Under the pieces are notes generated by a model, which saw only the letters and a program-made list of their open reading frames with translations, was not told the origin of the DNA and did not search any database. Positions 1-9,755 of a stretch of DNA of 64,000 nt are shown piece by piece; positions within the stretch are counted from its first letter, which is position 1; each line of letters opens with the position of its first letter. Location of the stretch: the sequence record LT603033.1; one strand, written 5' to 3'. A program made the translations under genes and the position numbers.

Positions 1-966
1 ATAACTACTGGCATTTAAACCAGTTGCATATACACCAGTACTCGTAACTAGTATACTAGATTGTGTTGGGTATCCTGTATGAATTGAATACAAAGTTCCA
101 GTTGGTAATGTCGTACTATTGCTCCCTAATACAGCAAGTGCCGAACTGGTTGTGGTATTGTTACCCCATGCACCATTACTCGCTAAACCACCAACTAGAA
201 ACTGACGTGCACCAGAACTTGGATTCTCAACCAAAGCACTGACTGCACCACTTGAGCATCCAGTGTATTGTAACGTTTTTGTGTATGTTGTACTTGGTTT
301 ATATAAAGTATATTCATTAAATGGTGTCCATGTGGTACTGGTACTTATACCTGACGTACCACCACCAATATATAAATTATTTTGTGTATCAAAAAACATT
401 ACACAGTTATTTGTTGACTGTATTTGTGCAATATCAACATTAGGCGTGACAGCTTTTACAAATGATCCATCTGTTATTTGTTGAGTACTACCAGTACCAT
501 CAGCGAATTGTCTAGCCCCACTCCAACCAGTACTCCATATTGTATTATTATCCATTAATACCGTAAACCACGTAGTACCTCCATACATCTGTTTAATTGA
601 AGTACTTGAACTTTGCGTGTACAAATTTTCAATATATTGGTTATAACTTAAAAACGTAGTAGTACTAGTTGGTAAACCAACATGATCACCATATCCACAA
701 TAAAAATAATTTGAGTCATTGTCTTTTACTAATAAAGTTCCTTGTGTAAGCCAGCAATCGTTAACGTTTTCTCTAATTAATGTCCATGATTTTAATGCAG
801 TGTTGTTTCCTCTACCGAATTTCCCAAAACTATTATTCCCACGTGCATATAGTTGACCATCCGTATACAGAACCACAACATCTAAATCAGTTGGGATTAT
901 TTTCTTAATTTGAAGTGGTACTGGGGCAATATTCCCATAATTCATCATTCTTGCAAAAGGTAACAT
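1..966 (-). CDS. RCC1/BLIP-II-like repeat protein (3' end outside window)
   Basis: ATG at 966 after GGAGG RBS; reads MLPFARMMNYGNIAPVPLQIKKIIPTDLDVVVLYTDGQLYARGNNSFGKFGRG; same N-terminus as the 7 neighbours; missed by the ORF track because the stop is off-window. Confidence 0.85.
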   Translation of the reverse strand, partial: MLPFARMMNYGNIAPVPLQIKKIIPTDLDVVVLYTDGQLYARGNNSFGKFGRGNNTALKSWTLIRENVNDCWLTQGTLLVKDNDSNYFYCGYGDHVGLPTSTTTFLSYNQYIENLYTQSSSTSIKQMYGGTTWFTVLMDNNTIWSTGWSGARQFADGTGSTQQITDGSFVKAVTPNVDIAQIQSTNNCVMFFDTQNNLYIGGGTSGISTSTTWTPFNEYTLYKPSTTYTKTLQYTGCSSGAVSALVENPSSGARQFLVGGLASNGAWGNNTTTSSALAVLGSNSTTLPTGTLYSIHTGYPTQSSILVTSTGVYATGLNASSY

Positions 967-1035
967 AAATTCCTCCTTTATTCATTATACTATATTTAAT
1001 ACAAATAAGAAAGCCAGTACAGTGTACTGGCATTA
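922..1035 (-). repeat. RCC1-array cassette repeat (terminator + promoter + RBS + first ~15 codons)
   Basis: Hairpin GCCAGTAC-AGT-GTACTGGC at 1013-1031 followed by a T-rich tract on minus, then TAAATATAGTATAAT and AAAGGAGG-ATG. Confidence 0.85.
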
Positions 1036-1037
1036 AA

Positions 1038-2186
1038 TCATTGTATAAATGACATATCAACTTCTGTATAACTAAGAATGTTTTGTCCAGCAATTCCCCC
1101 CATTACTACCATAGCATACCCACAATAATATAATTGCTCAGTGTCCGTAAGTATAAGTGAACCAGATGGAGTGCGTACCAAATTACACGAACTATTAAAC
1201 GAAGTATACGAAGGAGTATATGAGTACTGATTAATATTATTACCAACACCTAATTGACCAAATCCATTCGACCCAGATGCGTATAGAACTTCATCACCTT
1301 TAGCTATATGTGATGCCATGTTACTAACACACGTATATAGAGTATAAACTCCTGAACTCAATAATGTCGGAGTTTTGTATTGTATATCGGTAGATGAAGA
1401 AGTACCACCTGTGCCAAATTCGTTCCCGTATTGTGCACCGAACTGTTTACCACAAGCGTACAAATTATTATCCGATTTAATAAAAAATGTACTCTGATAA
1501 CTTACATCAAAATCTATAACATCTGAAGCAATCATCGTCACCCCAGTAATAGAAGTTTGATTACCTGTACCTAACTGATAGTAATAGTTAAAACCACAAC
1601 CCCATAAAGTATTATCTTCTTTTAGGTATATGTTACCAACTGCCTTTTTAACCGAAGTTATAGTATCTACCCTTTTGAATGTGTTAAAAGAATTAATGTT
1701 TGTACCATCACCAAATGATGATAGGTTCGAGTTATTGTTAACTCCACAACAATACAACGTACCATCGTTTGTTATCAAATTCACCTTCATATCATTAAAA
1801 CTACTCATGTATTTTATATCAGAAACATTAATACCACCTGATGTTATCCACGTAGTACAGTCCGTCCACAAAGTTTTTGTATCAGTTACACCAGTGAATG
1901 CCTTCGTGTTACCAGTGATAAAAACTTTTCCAGTACCTTTCTCTTCATACAATTGACAACTACTACTGTTATCTTCCAATAGAACTCGTTTAACATTCTC
2001 TGCACAAAGAATAAATTTACTCGATGCTACACCTGTTCCAGTACCCCAATTCGTCGCAGAAGATGCATACAACTTATTAGTATAAGTATCATGAAGATAC
2101 ATAGAATCACTTGAATATATTTTAAAACGCCTATCCTTACCAGGGGCAATATTCCCATAATTCATCATTCTTGCAAAAGGTAACAT
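1038..2186 (-). CDS. RCC1/BLIP-II-like beta-propeller repeat protein
   Basis: 382 aa; GxNxxGQLGxG repeats (GFNYYYQLGTG, GSNGFGQLGVG); MLPFARM N-terminus. Confidence 0.85.
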   Translation of the reverse strand: MLPFARMMNYGNIAPGKDRRFKIYSSDSMYLHDTYTNKLYASSATNWGTGTGVASSKFILCAENVKRVLLEDNSSSCQLYEEKGTGKVFITGNTKAFTGVTDTKTLWTDCTTWITSGGINVSDIKYMSSFNDMKVNLITNDGTLYCCGVNNNSNLSSFGDGTNINSFNTFKRVDTITSVKKAVGNIYLKEDNTLWGCGFNYYYQLGTGNQTSITGVTMIASDVIDFDVSYQSTFFIKSDNNLYACGKQFGAQYGNEFGTGGTSSSTDIQYKTPTLLSSGVYTLYTCVSNMASHIAKGDEVLYASGSNGFGQLGVGNNINQYSYTPSYTSFNSSCNLVRTPSGSLILTDTEQLYYCGYAMVVMGGIAGQNILSYTEVDMSFIQ

Positions 2187-2255
2187 ATTTCCCTCCTTTA
2201 TTCATTATACTATATTTAATACAAATAAGAAAGCCAGTACAGTGTACTGGCATTA
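2142..2255 (-). repeat. RCC1-array cassette repeat
   Basis: Near-identical to 922-1035; hairpin at 2233-2251. Confidence 0.85.
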
Positions 2256-2257
2256 TA

Positions 2258-3397
2258 TTATTTCCACGGTAGAAGTGAATCAGGAACCCTTGTTGGTACA
2301 GTAGTTGAAGACATTCCAGTAAGATTGGGTACACCACATGTGTATAAATTATTATATTCGTCAACTAACATCGTATAAGAATAGCTCTTACAAAAACTAC
2401 TAAGATTACTATCTTCTAATGCAGTAAGATCCATTTCAGCGAATGATGTTATATACATATCAGTTGTACCAATACCACATTGACCATTTGAATTAAGGCC
2501 ACATGAAAATAACTTATTATTATTATTAATTATACAGGATGGTCCGGTAAGGTTTGTCCCAAGCTCACCCACCAACTCCACTTCTCCTTGGAATGATAAA
2601 TTTGGAATTAATGTACTCATTGGGGCTACTGACCTATTTCCTGTACCTGCTTGTCCATAGTCGTTAATAGATGCAACTTTAACATTACCATCATTAAGAA
2701 ATATATAAGAAGTTTCATTTGTATTGACTGCTTTAATTGCATTACTAATCGAAGTATCTTGTGTAAATGTGAGCAAGTTTTGTGTCGTCGTTCCTGATAC
2801 AAACGTTCTACCTGCATACCAATATGAACCATCATTTAGTACTAATCCAGTACTATATATTGCACAACCAGCACTGATAACATTTTCTATTGTACTATAG
2901 GTGAATCGTGAAACGCTTGAAGTTGATCCATTCCCAAAAACACCACCAGTACCAGCACCACAGTAGAACCACTTTCCATTTTTTAAAAATACACGCATAC
3001 ACGAAGATATCACAACACTATCAATATCATCTGCACTGACACCGAAATCAGTAAAGTTCTGTGTTATATCAACCCAAACGCCGTTAGTGTTTGAAGATAG
3101 TATTGGAATAACAGTACGTCTACCAGTGTACCAAATAGTACCATCTTTCTTTATAGCAATTGTTCCTTGTACCCCACCCCAATATCGTGTAACATTTGAG
3201 TTGACAAGAGTCCATTCAGTTGAAGAGTCCAATGAACCATTACCACTTTGTCCATATGCTGAAGAACCAAACCAATATAGATTGCCATTTGTGTGTAAAT
3301 AAAATTTGGCATCAGCAGAACATTGTAACCTGTTTTTAGGTAGAATCAGTTCAGGTGCGATATTCCCGTACTTAACCATTCTTGCAAAAGGTAACAT
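2258..3397 (-). CDS. RCC1/BLIP-II-like beta-propeller repeat protein
   Basis: Start trimmed to the conserved MLPFARM ATG behind the RBS; repeats GSSAYGQSGNG, GLNSNGQCGIG. Confidence 0.85.
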   Translation of the reverse strand: MLPFARMVKYGNIAPELILPKNRLQCSADAKFYLHTNGNLYWFGSSAYGQSGNGSLDSSTEWTLVNSNVTRYWGGVQGTIAIKKDGTIWYTGRRTVIPILSSNTNGVWVDITQNFTDFGVSADDIDSVVISSCMRVFLKNGKWFYCGAGTGGVFGNGSTSSVSRFTYSTIENVISAGCAIYSTGLVLNDGSYWYAGRTFVSGTTTQNLLTFTQDTSISNAIKAVNTNETSYIFLNDGNVKVASINDYGQAGTGNRSVAPMSTLIPNLSFQGEVELVGELGTNLTGPSCIINNNNKLFSCGLNSNGQCGIGTTDMYITSFAEMDLTALEDSNLSSFCKSYSYTMLVDEYNNLYTCGVPNLTGMSSTTVPTRVPDSLLPWK

Positions 3398-3465
3398 ATT
3401 CCCTCCTTTATTTGTTATACTATATTTAATACAAATAAGAAAGCCAGTACAGTGTACTGGCATTA
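3352..3465 (-). repeat. RCC1-array cassette repeat
   Basis: Same cassette; hairpin at 3443-3461. Confidence 0.85.
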
Positions 3466-3467
3466 TG

Positions 3468-4577
3468 TTATTTTGGTAAATCAATTTTAGTAAAGACTGC
3501 AACATCCTCGATTGCACCTGGAATGGCGTAATACGATCCAGTACTATACACATCTCCATTTTTGGTTAATATCGATGTCAAACCATCACTAAAAAGAACA
3601 TCCCTAATCTCACTAACTTCAACGGGTAATTGTAAATTGGTAGCACTATATATAGCACCAGTTTGAGAATTGTTTAATCCCAAACCACGGTTCGCCCCAA
3701 CACCCTTCTGATATGTACTAGTAATTACCATTTGTGTAGCAGTATTTAAGGCAGGTGAATTCGTCATAAACAATGGAGAACTATTAGGCAAAGTACTTAA
3801 AGGAACTGCACGGAATGTAGTCGTACCTGAACTAAGAAAGTTTGGAGTTTGACCACATACGAAATATGATGTACCATTATAGTAATTTAATGCATTACCA
3901 CCAATGGCTGCATCGATTACACCAGAACTACGCAATCCCCAAGTGTTAATTTGTGTTTGGTTCCCCGTACCATGCTGCCCACTACTATTCCATCCAGAAC
4001 TATATAGCTTATTATCTAATGTAAGATACATACTATCATTCGCATTGGTCATTACTTTACGAACGTTCGTAGCACATTGAGTTAATGTGTAAATTGATGA
4101 GGAACCAATACCCAAAGAACCACGATATCCATTATCTCCTGCACCATAGAGTACTGAATTAGTGCTAAGTACAAATATTAAACCATTTGTACATACAATA
4201 TTAGCAATTTCACTTACTGGTATAGCATTGGTAAACCAATTAGTTCTTTCAACTAATACAGTACTGTAAGAAGTAGTTGTAGAAGATGAGAACCAGTACG
4301 TTTGACCTGATGTCCATATCGTATTATCATTTTTAATAATAACAAGTGTACGATCACCCACGAAAAAATTAGAAACATCTGCACTTACTAATGTCCACGA
4401 AGACACCGTGTTGGTATTACCATTTCCAGATTCACCACCTTGATTTCTACCTATGTAATATAAATCATGTGAATCAGTCAATAAGAATTGGCCTTGGGTA
4501 GAAGCACCAACTTTAATTATTTTTTTAGGACCAGGGACAATATTTCCATACCTAATCATTCTTCCAAAAGGTAACAT
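3468..4577 (-). CDS. RCC1/BLIP-II-like beta-propeller repeat protein
   Basis: Start trimmed to MLPFGRM; repeats GRNQGGESGNG, GWNSSGQHGTG. Confidence 0.85.
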   Translation of the reverse strand: MLPFGRMIRYGNIVPGPKKIIKVGASTQGQFLLTDSHDLYYIGRNQGGESGNGNTNTVSSWTLVSADVSNFFVGDRTLVIIKNDNTIWTSGQTYWFSSSTTTSYSTVLVERTNWFTNAIPVSEIANIVCTNGLIFVLSTNSVLYGAGDNGYRGSLGIGSSSIYTLTQCATNVRKVMTNANDSMYLTLDNKLYSSGWNSSGQHGTGNQTQINTWGLRSSGVIDAAIGGNALNYYNGTSYFVCGQTPNFLSSGTTTFRAVPLSTLPNSSPLFMTNSPALNTATQMVITSTYQKGVGANRGLGLNNSQTGAIYSATNLQLPVEVSEIRDVLFSDGLTSILTKNGDVYSTGSYYAIPGAIEDVAVFTKIDLPK

Positions 4578-4585
4578 ATTCCCTC

Positions 4586-5788
4586 CTATTGTTGCCATAA
4601 CTGCGTTGGCATTAATGTTAGTGTAGTAATACTATAAGTACCATTAGGTAATCTACCACCATTTCCATTCCAGCCACCACATGCATATAATTTATAATCT
4701 TTAGTAATTATTATGGTTCTGCTCCAATCTTTAGATGCCATAAGAACATTGTCATAACCACCACTTATTGCACTAAGATTAAAAATATTCCAAGTTCTAA
4801 CTAATGTATTAGTTCCATTACCTTCTTGACCATATGAGTTAGCACCACTACTTCTAACATATGGTGCGTATTGTGCCATAGGTGCACCAATTGATGCATT
4901 TCCCATATTACTTGGACAAATAAAAGTACTGTACTTACTTACATCAACCGTGACCGATGTGTTCCTAATTGGTGTTAGCTGATTTACCGATGTAGTCGTA
5001 CCATTACCAGCTTGTCCAGTACTGTTAGCCCCGCTATAATATACAGACCCACCAGTAGTAAACCACCAAGTAACATCGTATGTAGTACTAATATGTTCTA
5101 CATTACTAATCACGAATTTGTTCAAATATACAACAGAACTACCACCACATCCACTTTCACCAAAGTTATCCTTACCACAAAACCATGCATCTTTATTTGA
5201 TTTGATATAGTGCGTTCCTTGTAATGAACATGCCATATGTGTAACTTCACCCATATTAGTCATAACTGTGAGTGTAGGGATGGAATTTTTATTACCAGAG
5301 CCACATTCACCATTGGTATTTCTTCCACACGCAATTACTCTACCATCGGTTAATAATATTCTAGTACTTTCACCTATATATACACTCTTGATCATATTAG
5401 CCATAACACCTATTTTATTAAATGCAACAGTAACATCAGTCCATGTTGTCAAATAACCATTAACAGGTGTTGCATCTCCATAATCAGAAAATGCACCCAC
5501 AGACCCAGTGTAGTATATTTTATTATCCAAATCAATCATCAATGAACCTTGAACACCAAGCCAAAAGGCTGCACAGTTCCTTGCAAGTACTGTAAATGAC
5601 GAAACTGCTGCTGAATTCCCAAGACCAAATTGATAAAAGTTATTACTACCATAACCATATAAAGTATTAGTTGGGTTATGGAGATACATACAGTTTGTAT
5701 AATGTTGTTGTAAAACATCTGAGAACTCTACAGGTTCTGGACCTGGTGCAATATTTGCGTACTTAACCATTCTTCCAAAAGGTAACAT
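4586..5788 (-). CDS. RCC1/BLIP-II-like beta-propeller repeat protein
   Basis: 400 aa; repeats GSNNFYQFGLG, GRNTNGECGSG, GANSYGQEGNG. Confidence 0.85.
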   Translation of the reverse strand: MLPFGRMVKYANIAPGPEPVEFSDVLQQHYTNCMYLHNPTNTLYGYGSNNFYQFGLGNSAAVSSFTVLARNCAAFWLGVQGSLMIDLDNKIYYTGSVGAFSDYGDATPVNGYLTTWTDVTVAFNKIGVMANMIKSVYIGESTRILLTDGRVIACGRNTNGECGSGNKNSIPTLTVMTNMGEVTHMACSLQGTHYIKSNKDAWFCGKDNFGESGCGGSSVVYLNKFVISNVEHISTTYDVTWWFTTGGSVYYSGANSTGQAGNGTTTSVNQLTPIRNTSVTVDVSKYSTFICPSNMGNASIGAPMAQYAPYVRSSGANSYGQEGNGTNTLVRTWNIFNLSAISGGYDNVLMASKDWSRTIIITKDYKLYACGGWNGNGGRLPNGTYSITTLTLMPTQLWQQ

Positions 5789-5855
5789 ATTTCCCTCCTT
5801 TATTCATTATACTATATTTAATACAAAAAGAAATGCCAGTATCAAGTACTGGCAT
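5741..5855 (-). repeat. RCC1-array cassette repeat
   Basis: Same cassette; hairpin ATGCCAGTA-TCAAG-TACTGGCAT at 5833-5855. Confidence 0.85.
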
Positions 5856-5859
5856 AATA

Positions 5860-7038
5860 TTATCGGTTAAATTTAAAATCTGTTATGTGTGTCCATGTAT
5901 GATTTAATGGGGTACTCATTGGTGTAAAGCCAGCAGGGTCTGACCACGTTGAACCACATGCGTACATAAATTGATTGCCAGTACAATCCATTATAGCATA
6001 AGAACGTGTTGCTGTACCACATTTGAATCCAACTGCACTACTTGGGGTCGGTAATACTTCAAATGTAGGTGCATTTGAAGTATTACCCCCATTTTTTGTT
6101 CCAGCTATGTACAGAACTCCATTAGTATCAATGATTAAGTTAGTCCAATATGCTTGTTCTCGACCAGCATAAAAATATGTTAAATCACCGGGTACAAATG
6201 GTAACGTACCTTTATATAGTGTAGTATTAACATCCACTGGTGCTCCAGATACACCCCATGAACTCATATAGTTTCTCCCACTTGCGTAGAATGTAGTTCC
6301 TTTACCGTAAAGTATTAATGTTGCATGACTTGTTCGCATTGCATTATATTCAAACTCAGGATCATCAGTAGCGTCCTTAAAAATCTGTGTCCATGTTGTT
6401 ATATAGCCAGTAGTTGTAACACCCATTTGATAATAATAATTATCACCAGTAGCATAGAATTGTTTAGGGCCAGTTTGTACAATTGCATTCCTATTAGTTA
6501 ACCAAAAATCTAATGTATTAGTCATGATCTTGGTGGGTGTGAAATTCGCCACGGTATTTCCTTTTCCGAAATAACCCTTAGCGTTATCTCCATGACCCCA
6601 TAAATCACCATTAGTTGTGCGTAGGAATAATGTACCAGAATTGAATACAACTTTTTCTATAGTACTTATATCAATACCAACAGAAGTGTAATTCGTTGTA
6701 AAATCTTGAAAAGTACCCCAAAAATTAGATGAACCCTTAAACATGACTTGACTACCAGCGTACTTCACTTTATTATCTTTAGTGATAAGTAATGTCCCCC
6801 ACGATGCCGCGAACATTAACTTAACATTTTCCATAACAAAGTATGGCTTACCGTATGCTGACGCGGTAGAGTTCAAACCTAATAGTTGTCTATTATTACT
6901 ACAACCCCATACTTCGCCGTTATCCAAAAGCATCAACATAGTAGGTTTACCAGATAATACAGACAAAAAGAAATCTTTTGGTGTTGGTACACCAGGTGCA
7001 ATATTCCCATAATCAAACATTCTAACAAAAGGTAACAT
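5860..7038 (-). CDS. RCC1/BLIP-II-like beta-propeller repeat protein
   Basis: Start trimmed to MLPFVRM; repeats GDNAKGYFGKG, GDNYYYQMGV. Confidence 0.8.
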   Translation of the reverse strand: MLPFVRMFDYGNIAPGVPTPKDFFLSVLSGKPTMLMLLDNGEVWGCSNNRQLLGLNSTASAYGKPYFVMENVKLMFAASWGTLLITKDNKVKYAGSQVMFKGSSNFWGTFQDFTTNYTSVGIDISTIEKVVFNSGTLFLRTTNGDLWGHGDNAKGYFGKGNTVANFTPTKIMTNTLDFWLTNRNAIVQTGPKQFYATGDNYYYQMGVTTTGYITTWTQIFKDATDDPEFEYNAMRTSHATLILYGKGTTFYASGRNYMSSWGVSGAPVDVNTTLYKGTLPFVPGDLTYFYAGREQAYWTNLIIDTNGVLYIAGTKNGGNTSNAPTFEVLPTPSSAVGFKCGTATRSYAIMDCTGNQFMYACGSTWSDPAGFTPMSTPLNHTWTHITDFKFNR

Positions 7039-7103
7039 AATTCCTCCTTTATTCATTATACTATATTTAATCAAAAAGAAAAGCCAGTATCAAGTACTGG
7101 CAT
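6991..7103 (-). repeat. RCC1-array cassette repeat
   Basis: Same cassette; hairpin at 7083-7101. Confidence 0.85.
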
Positions 7104-7107
7104 CGTA

Positions 7108-8217
7108 TTACTTGGGTAATGGAATTGTGGTCCATCTATTTGCGGCAACGTCACCTGGTACATATGTAGGACTACCACTTACAGCAATAGTTTCATTACC
7201 ATCATATACAACACTGAAGTTTGTGCACGTATACAACGCTGCGGCATCTGGATTGTAATTTTCAAGTGTTAGTGTATTGGTGAACAAATTCAATGCAGTA
7301 GTTGAGCCGTTTTTACCATATGCACCTGTAGTATATATCTTTCCTTCTGTTGTTGAGTACATATTAACATATGACCCAGATGATGATTTAGCAATTTTAT
7401 CTATCTTGCTATCTATTGTTTTAGAGTTAAATTGAAATGGATATACCTGTACGTTAGTATCTAAACCATTTCCCAGTTCCCCATTTAACTGCCACCCTGT
7501 GTGGTACATTCCCGCATTTGTATATGCAAGCGTACTATACGCATTACCACCCATTATTTTAGTGCCAGATAATTTTAAACCAAACGATGTCCACTTACCA
7601 GTTTCATTTCCTATGGAACCATAAGCACTTGTACCACACGCACGAAGCTCGCCATTTGACGTTAGAAGCACTGTATTATTAACGTTACCAAATATATCAA
7701 TAACCTGATTAGTGCCATTATTCAGTACTGAAGTAAAAGTACTCTGTGAGTAAGTACTACCTGAACCAACAGAACCATTTGTGTTCATACCTCTTCCATA
7801 TACAATTTTACCATCAGCACTAACATAGTGCATTGAATCAAAACCAATGGATATCATTTTAATATCAGATATATCTGGAAATGAAGAAGTTACATCTACT
7901 CCACCTAGTGGAATTGTATTATTTCCTAAACCTAATGAGACATTAGTTCCGTGCATTATAAATTTATCTTCTTTAAAATATAAAATATTATATCCACCAG
8001 CCCATGCATTATTAACGCCATTTGTAATCAGTACCCATTTATTTTGTGTAGTAGTTCCAGTAATATTTAACTGTTGATAGTTATTGATTCCACAACCATA
8101 TAGCGATCCATCACCATATAGTACATATAAATTATCATATCCTGCAATAACTTTCTTTATTTTTTTGGGTACAGGTGCTACATTCCCATACTTTAACATT
8201 CTTCCAAAAGGTAACAT
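7108..8217 (-). CDS. RCC1/BLIP-II-like beta-propeller repeat protein
   Basis: 369 aa; repeats GINNYQQLNI, GMNTNGSVGSG, GWQLNGELGNG. Confidence 0.85.
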   Translation of the reverse strand: MLPFGRMLKYGNVAPVPKKIKKVIAGYDNLYVLYGDGSLYGCGINNYQQLNITGTTTQNKWVLITNGVNNAWAGGYNILYFKEDKFIMHGTNVSLGLGNNTIPLGGVDVTSSFPDISDIKMISIGFDSMHYVSADGKIVYGRGMNTNGSVGSGSTYSQSTFTSVLNNGTNQVIDIFGNVNNTVLLTSNGELRACGTSAYGSIGNETGKWTSFGLKLSGTKIMGGNAYSTLAYTNAGMYHTGWQLNGELGNGLDTNVQVYPFQFNSKTIDSKIDKIAKSSSGSYVNMYSTTEGKIYTTGAYGKNGSTTALNLFTNTLTLENYNPDAAALYTCTNFSVVYDGNETIAVSGSPTYVPGDVAANRWTTIPLPK

Positions 8218-8282
8218 TATTTTCTCCTTTATTCATTATACTATATTTAATACAAAAAGAAATGCCAGTATCAAGTACTGGC
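8171..8282 (-). repeat. RCC1-array cassette repeat
   Basis: Same cassette; hairpin at 8264-8282. Confidence 0.85.
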
Positions 8283-8288
8283 CTGTAT

Positions 8289-9425
8289 TTAAATTATTGT
8301 TGGTAATGGTAATGGTATAAATTCATCACTCGATGGCAAACCATATAACGTAGTTGCATTTCCAGAATAATACCATCCCGTTGAATCTTGCACTATAGAT
8401 AGATAGGCTAACGATGCCGCCTTTGTTATATCATTAAACCCGTGTGGTACTTCTTTAAATGTAGATGAATATTCAACACCAGGGTCACCAGAAGATAGTG
8501 TAGTGTTAGTACCAGCATAATATAAAGTATTGCCATCTGTGCTTATAGCAAAAGAAAGAACAGAGTTATTCATATCACTCCACAAATCCCTAAACCTGCC
8601 TCTATATCCGGTTAATTCTGTATACGAATATACGTTTGTGGTATTTGAAGAAGAATTACCTAGTTGATAATTTCTATTTTGACCTGCTATAACATATCTA
8701 GTGCTACCATTAGTATCATAATATAATATACCAGAGTTTAATGTTGACATACCAACTGCACATTCGGATGCAAATTCGGGAGCAGAGTACAAATTATAAG
8801 AAGTTAAATTTGTGCTAGTACCCAATGCTCCAGTATTGCTTATACCACAGCGGTAGTAACCACCAGTAGTACTAGAATATATAGTACCAGGTAGAGAAGT
8901 GTAGAATTTTGAAACATTTGACGCAACTAATACAGCATTAACTTTGCTTGTTGAACCACCAAATGTTTGGTTATTATCATATCCTTTAGCATATAATCTA
9001 TTATCATTTGTAAGTAATCCTACACAATAATAAGTCATTTTCATTTCACGTACTGTGCTTAGATTCACTGCACTAAATTGTGTCGTAACATCTTTCCATG
9101 TAACAACTTTAGAACTTGTCGAACCACCAGATTCAAACCATTCATCACCACAGTAGAAAATTTTATTATCTACAGTTAATACAACGCATACTAAATTACT
9201 AGCACAAGCAAACTTAACATCATCTCTAACTTTAGTCCACTCGGTTACATTCACTATAGTATCAGTTCCTATACCTAATTTGCCATACGCATTATTACCA
9301 CGCACCCATAATTCATTATCCTCGGTTATTAGTAATAATGAATTAGTACCTGCAACAATATCACGAACTTTTAGTTTTTCTGGTGCTACGTTCCCATAAT
9401 TTAACATTCTAACAAAAGGTAACAT
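8289..9425 (-). CDS. RCC1/BLIP-II-like beta-propeller repeat protein
   Basis: Start trimmed to MLPFVRM; repeats GNNAYGKLGIG, GQNRNYQLGN. Confidence 0.85.
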   Translation of the reverse strand: MLPFVRMLNYGNVAPEKLKVRDIVAGTNSLLLITEDNELWVRGNNAYGKLGIGTDTIVNVTEWTKVRDDVKFACASNLVCVVLTVDNKIFYCGDEWFESGGSTSSKVVTWKDVTTQFSAVNLSTVREMKMTYYCVGLLTNDNRLYAKGYDNNQTFGGSTSKVNAVLVASNVSKFYTSLPGTIYSSTTGGYYRCGISNTGALGTSTNLTSYNLYSAPEFASECAVGMSTLNSGILYYDTNGSTRYVIAGQNRNYQLGNSSSNTTNVYSYTELTGYRGRFRDLWSDMNNSVLSFAISTDGNTLYYAGTNTTLSSGDPGVEYSSTFKEVPHGFNDITKAASLAYLSIVQDSTGWYYSGNATTLYGLPSSDEFIPLPLPTII

Positions 9426-9473
9426 AAATCCCTCCTTATTCATTATATCATATTTACCCCATAAAGAAAACCC

Positions 9474-9502
9474 TTGACATCCTTTCAGTACTGGTGTACT
9501 AT
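9474..9502 (+). promoter_or_regulatory. sigma70-type promoter for the family A cluster
   Basis: TTGACA-17 nt-TACTAT, divergent from the RCC1 array. Confidence 0.7.
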
Positions 9503-9527
9503 AGAAGGAATATAAGGAGAACTACAC

Positions 9528-9755
9528 ATGACAAATACTCTTAAGTACTACCTCAATACTCTAAATGAACTAGAGTACGGGGAATTTCTCGCGGATAGTT
9601 CGTGGCTAATTGAGCTAAAAAATTATAATAGTCCAGGATGCACCCTTATGATGAACAATGCAATTGATACCCTCATTGTGAGTATTTTACACAGCAACAT
9701 CTGCGGGGATAGCAATAAACAATTATCAAAAATCTTAGTACTGCTATCTATATGA
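9528..9755 (+). CDS. small hypothetical protein, family A (divergent)
   Basis: AGGAG RBS; KYYLNTL N-terminus, hydrophobic C-terminus. Confidence 0.75.
   Translation: MTNTLKYYLNTLNELEYGEFLADSSWLIELKNYNSPGCTLMMNNAIDTLIVSILHSNICGDSNKQLSKILVLLSI

Noticed and set aside
3398-3559. N-terminal extensions given by the ORF track (also 5860, 8289 and many early genes)
   Set aside because: They run through terminator, promoter and RBS sequence; paralog alignment and RBS position fix the downstream starts.
263-8320. Short + strand and nested ORFs across the RCC1 array (263, 905, 1630, 2137, 2626, 3087, 5012, 5268, 6782, 7847, 8084)
   Set aside because: Antisense or alternate-frame shadows of long genes; 905 and 2137 are just read-throughs of the cassette repeat.
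1-9425. Diversity-generating retroelement or true integron
   Set aside because: No reverse transcriptase, no template/variable repeat pair differing at adenines, no integrase and no attC-like sites visible.
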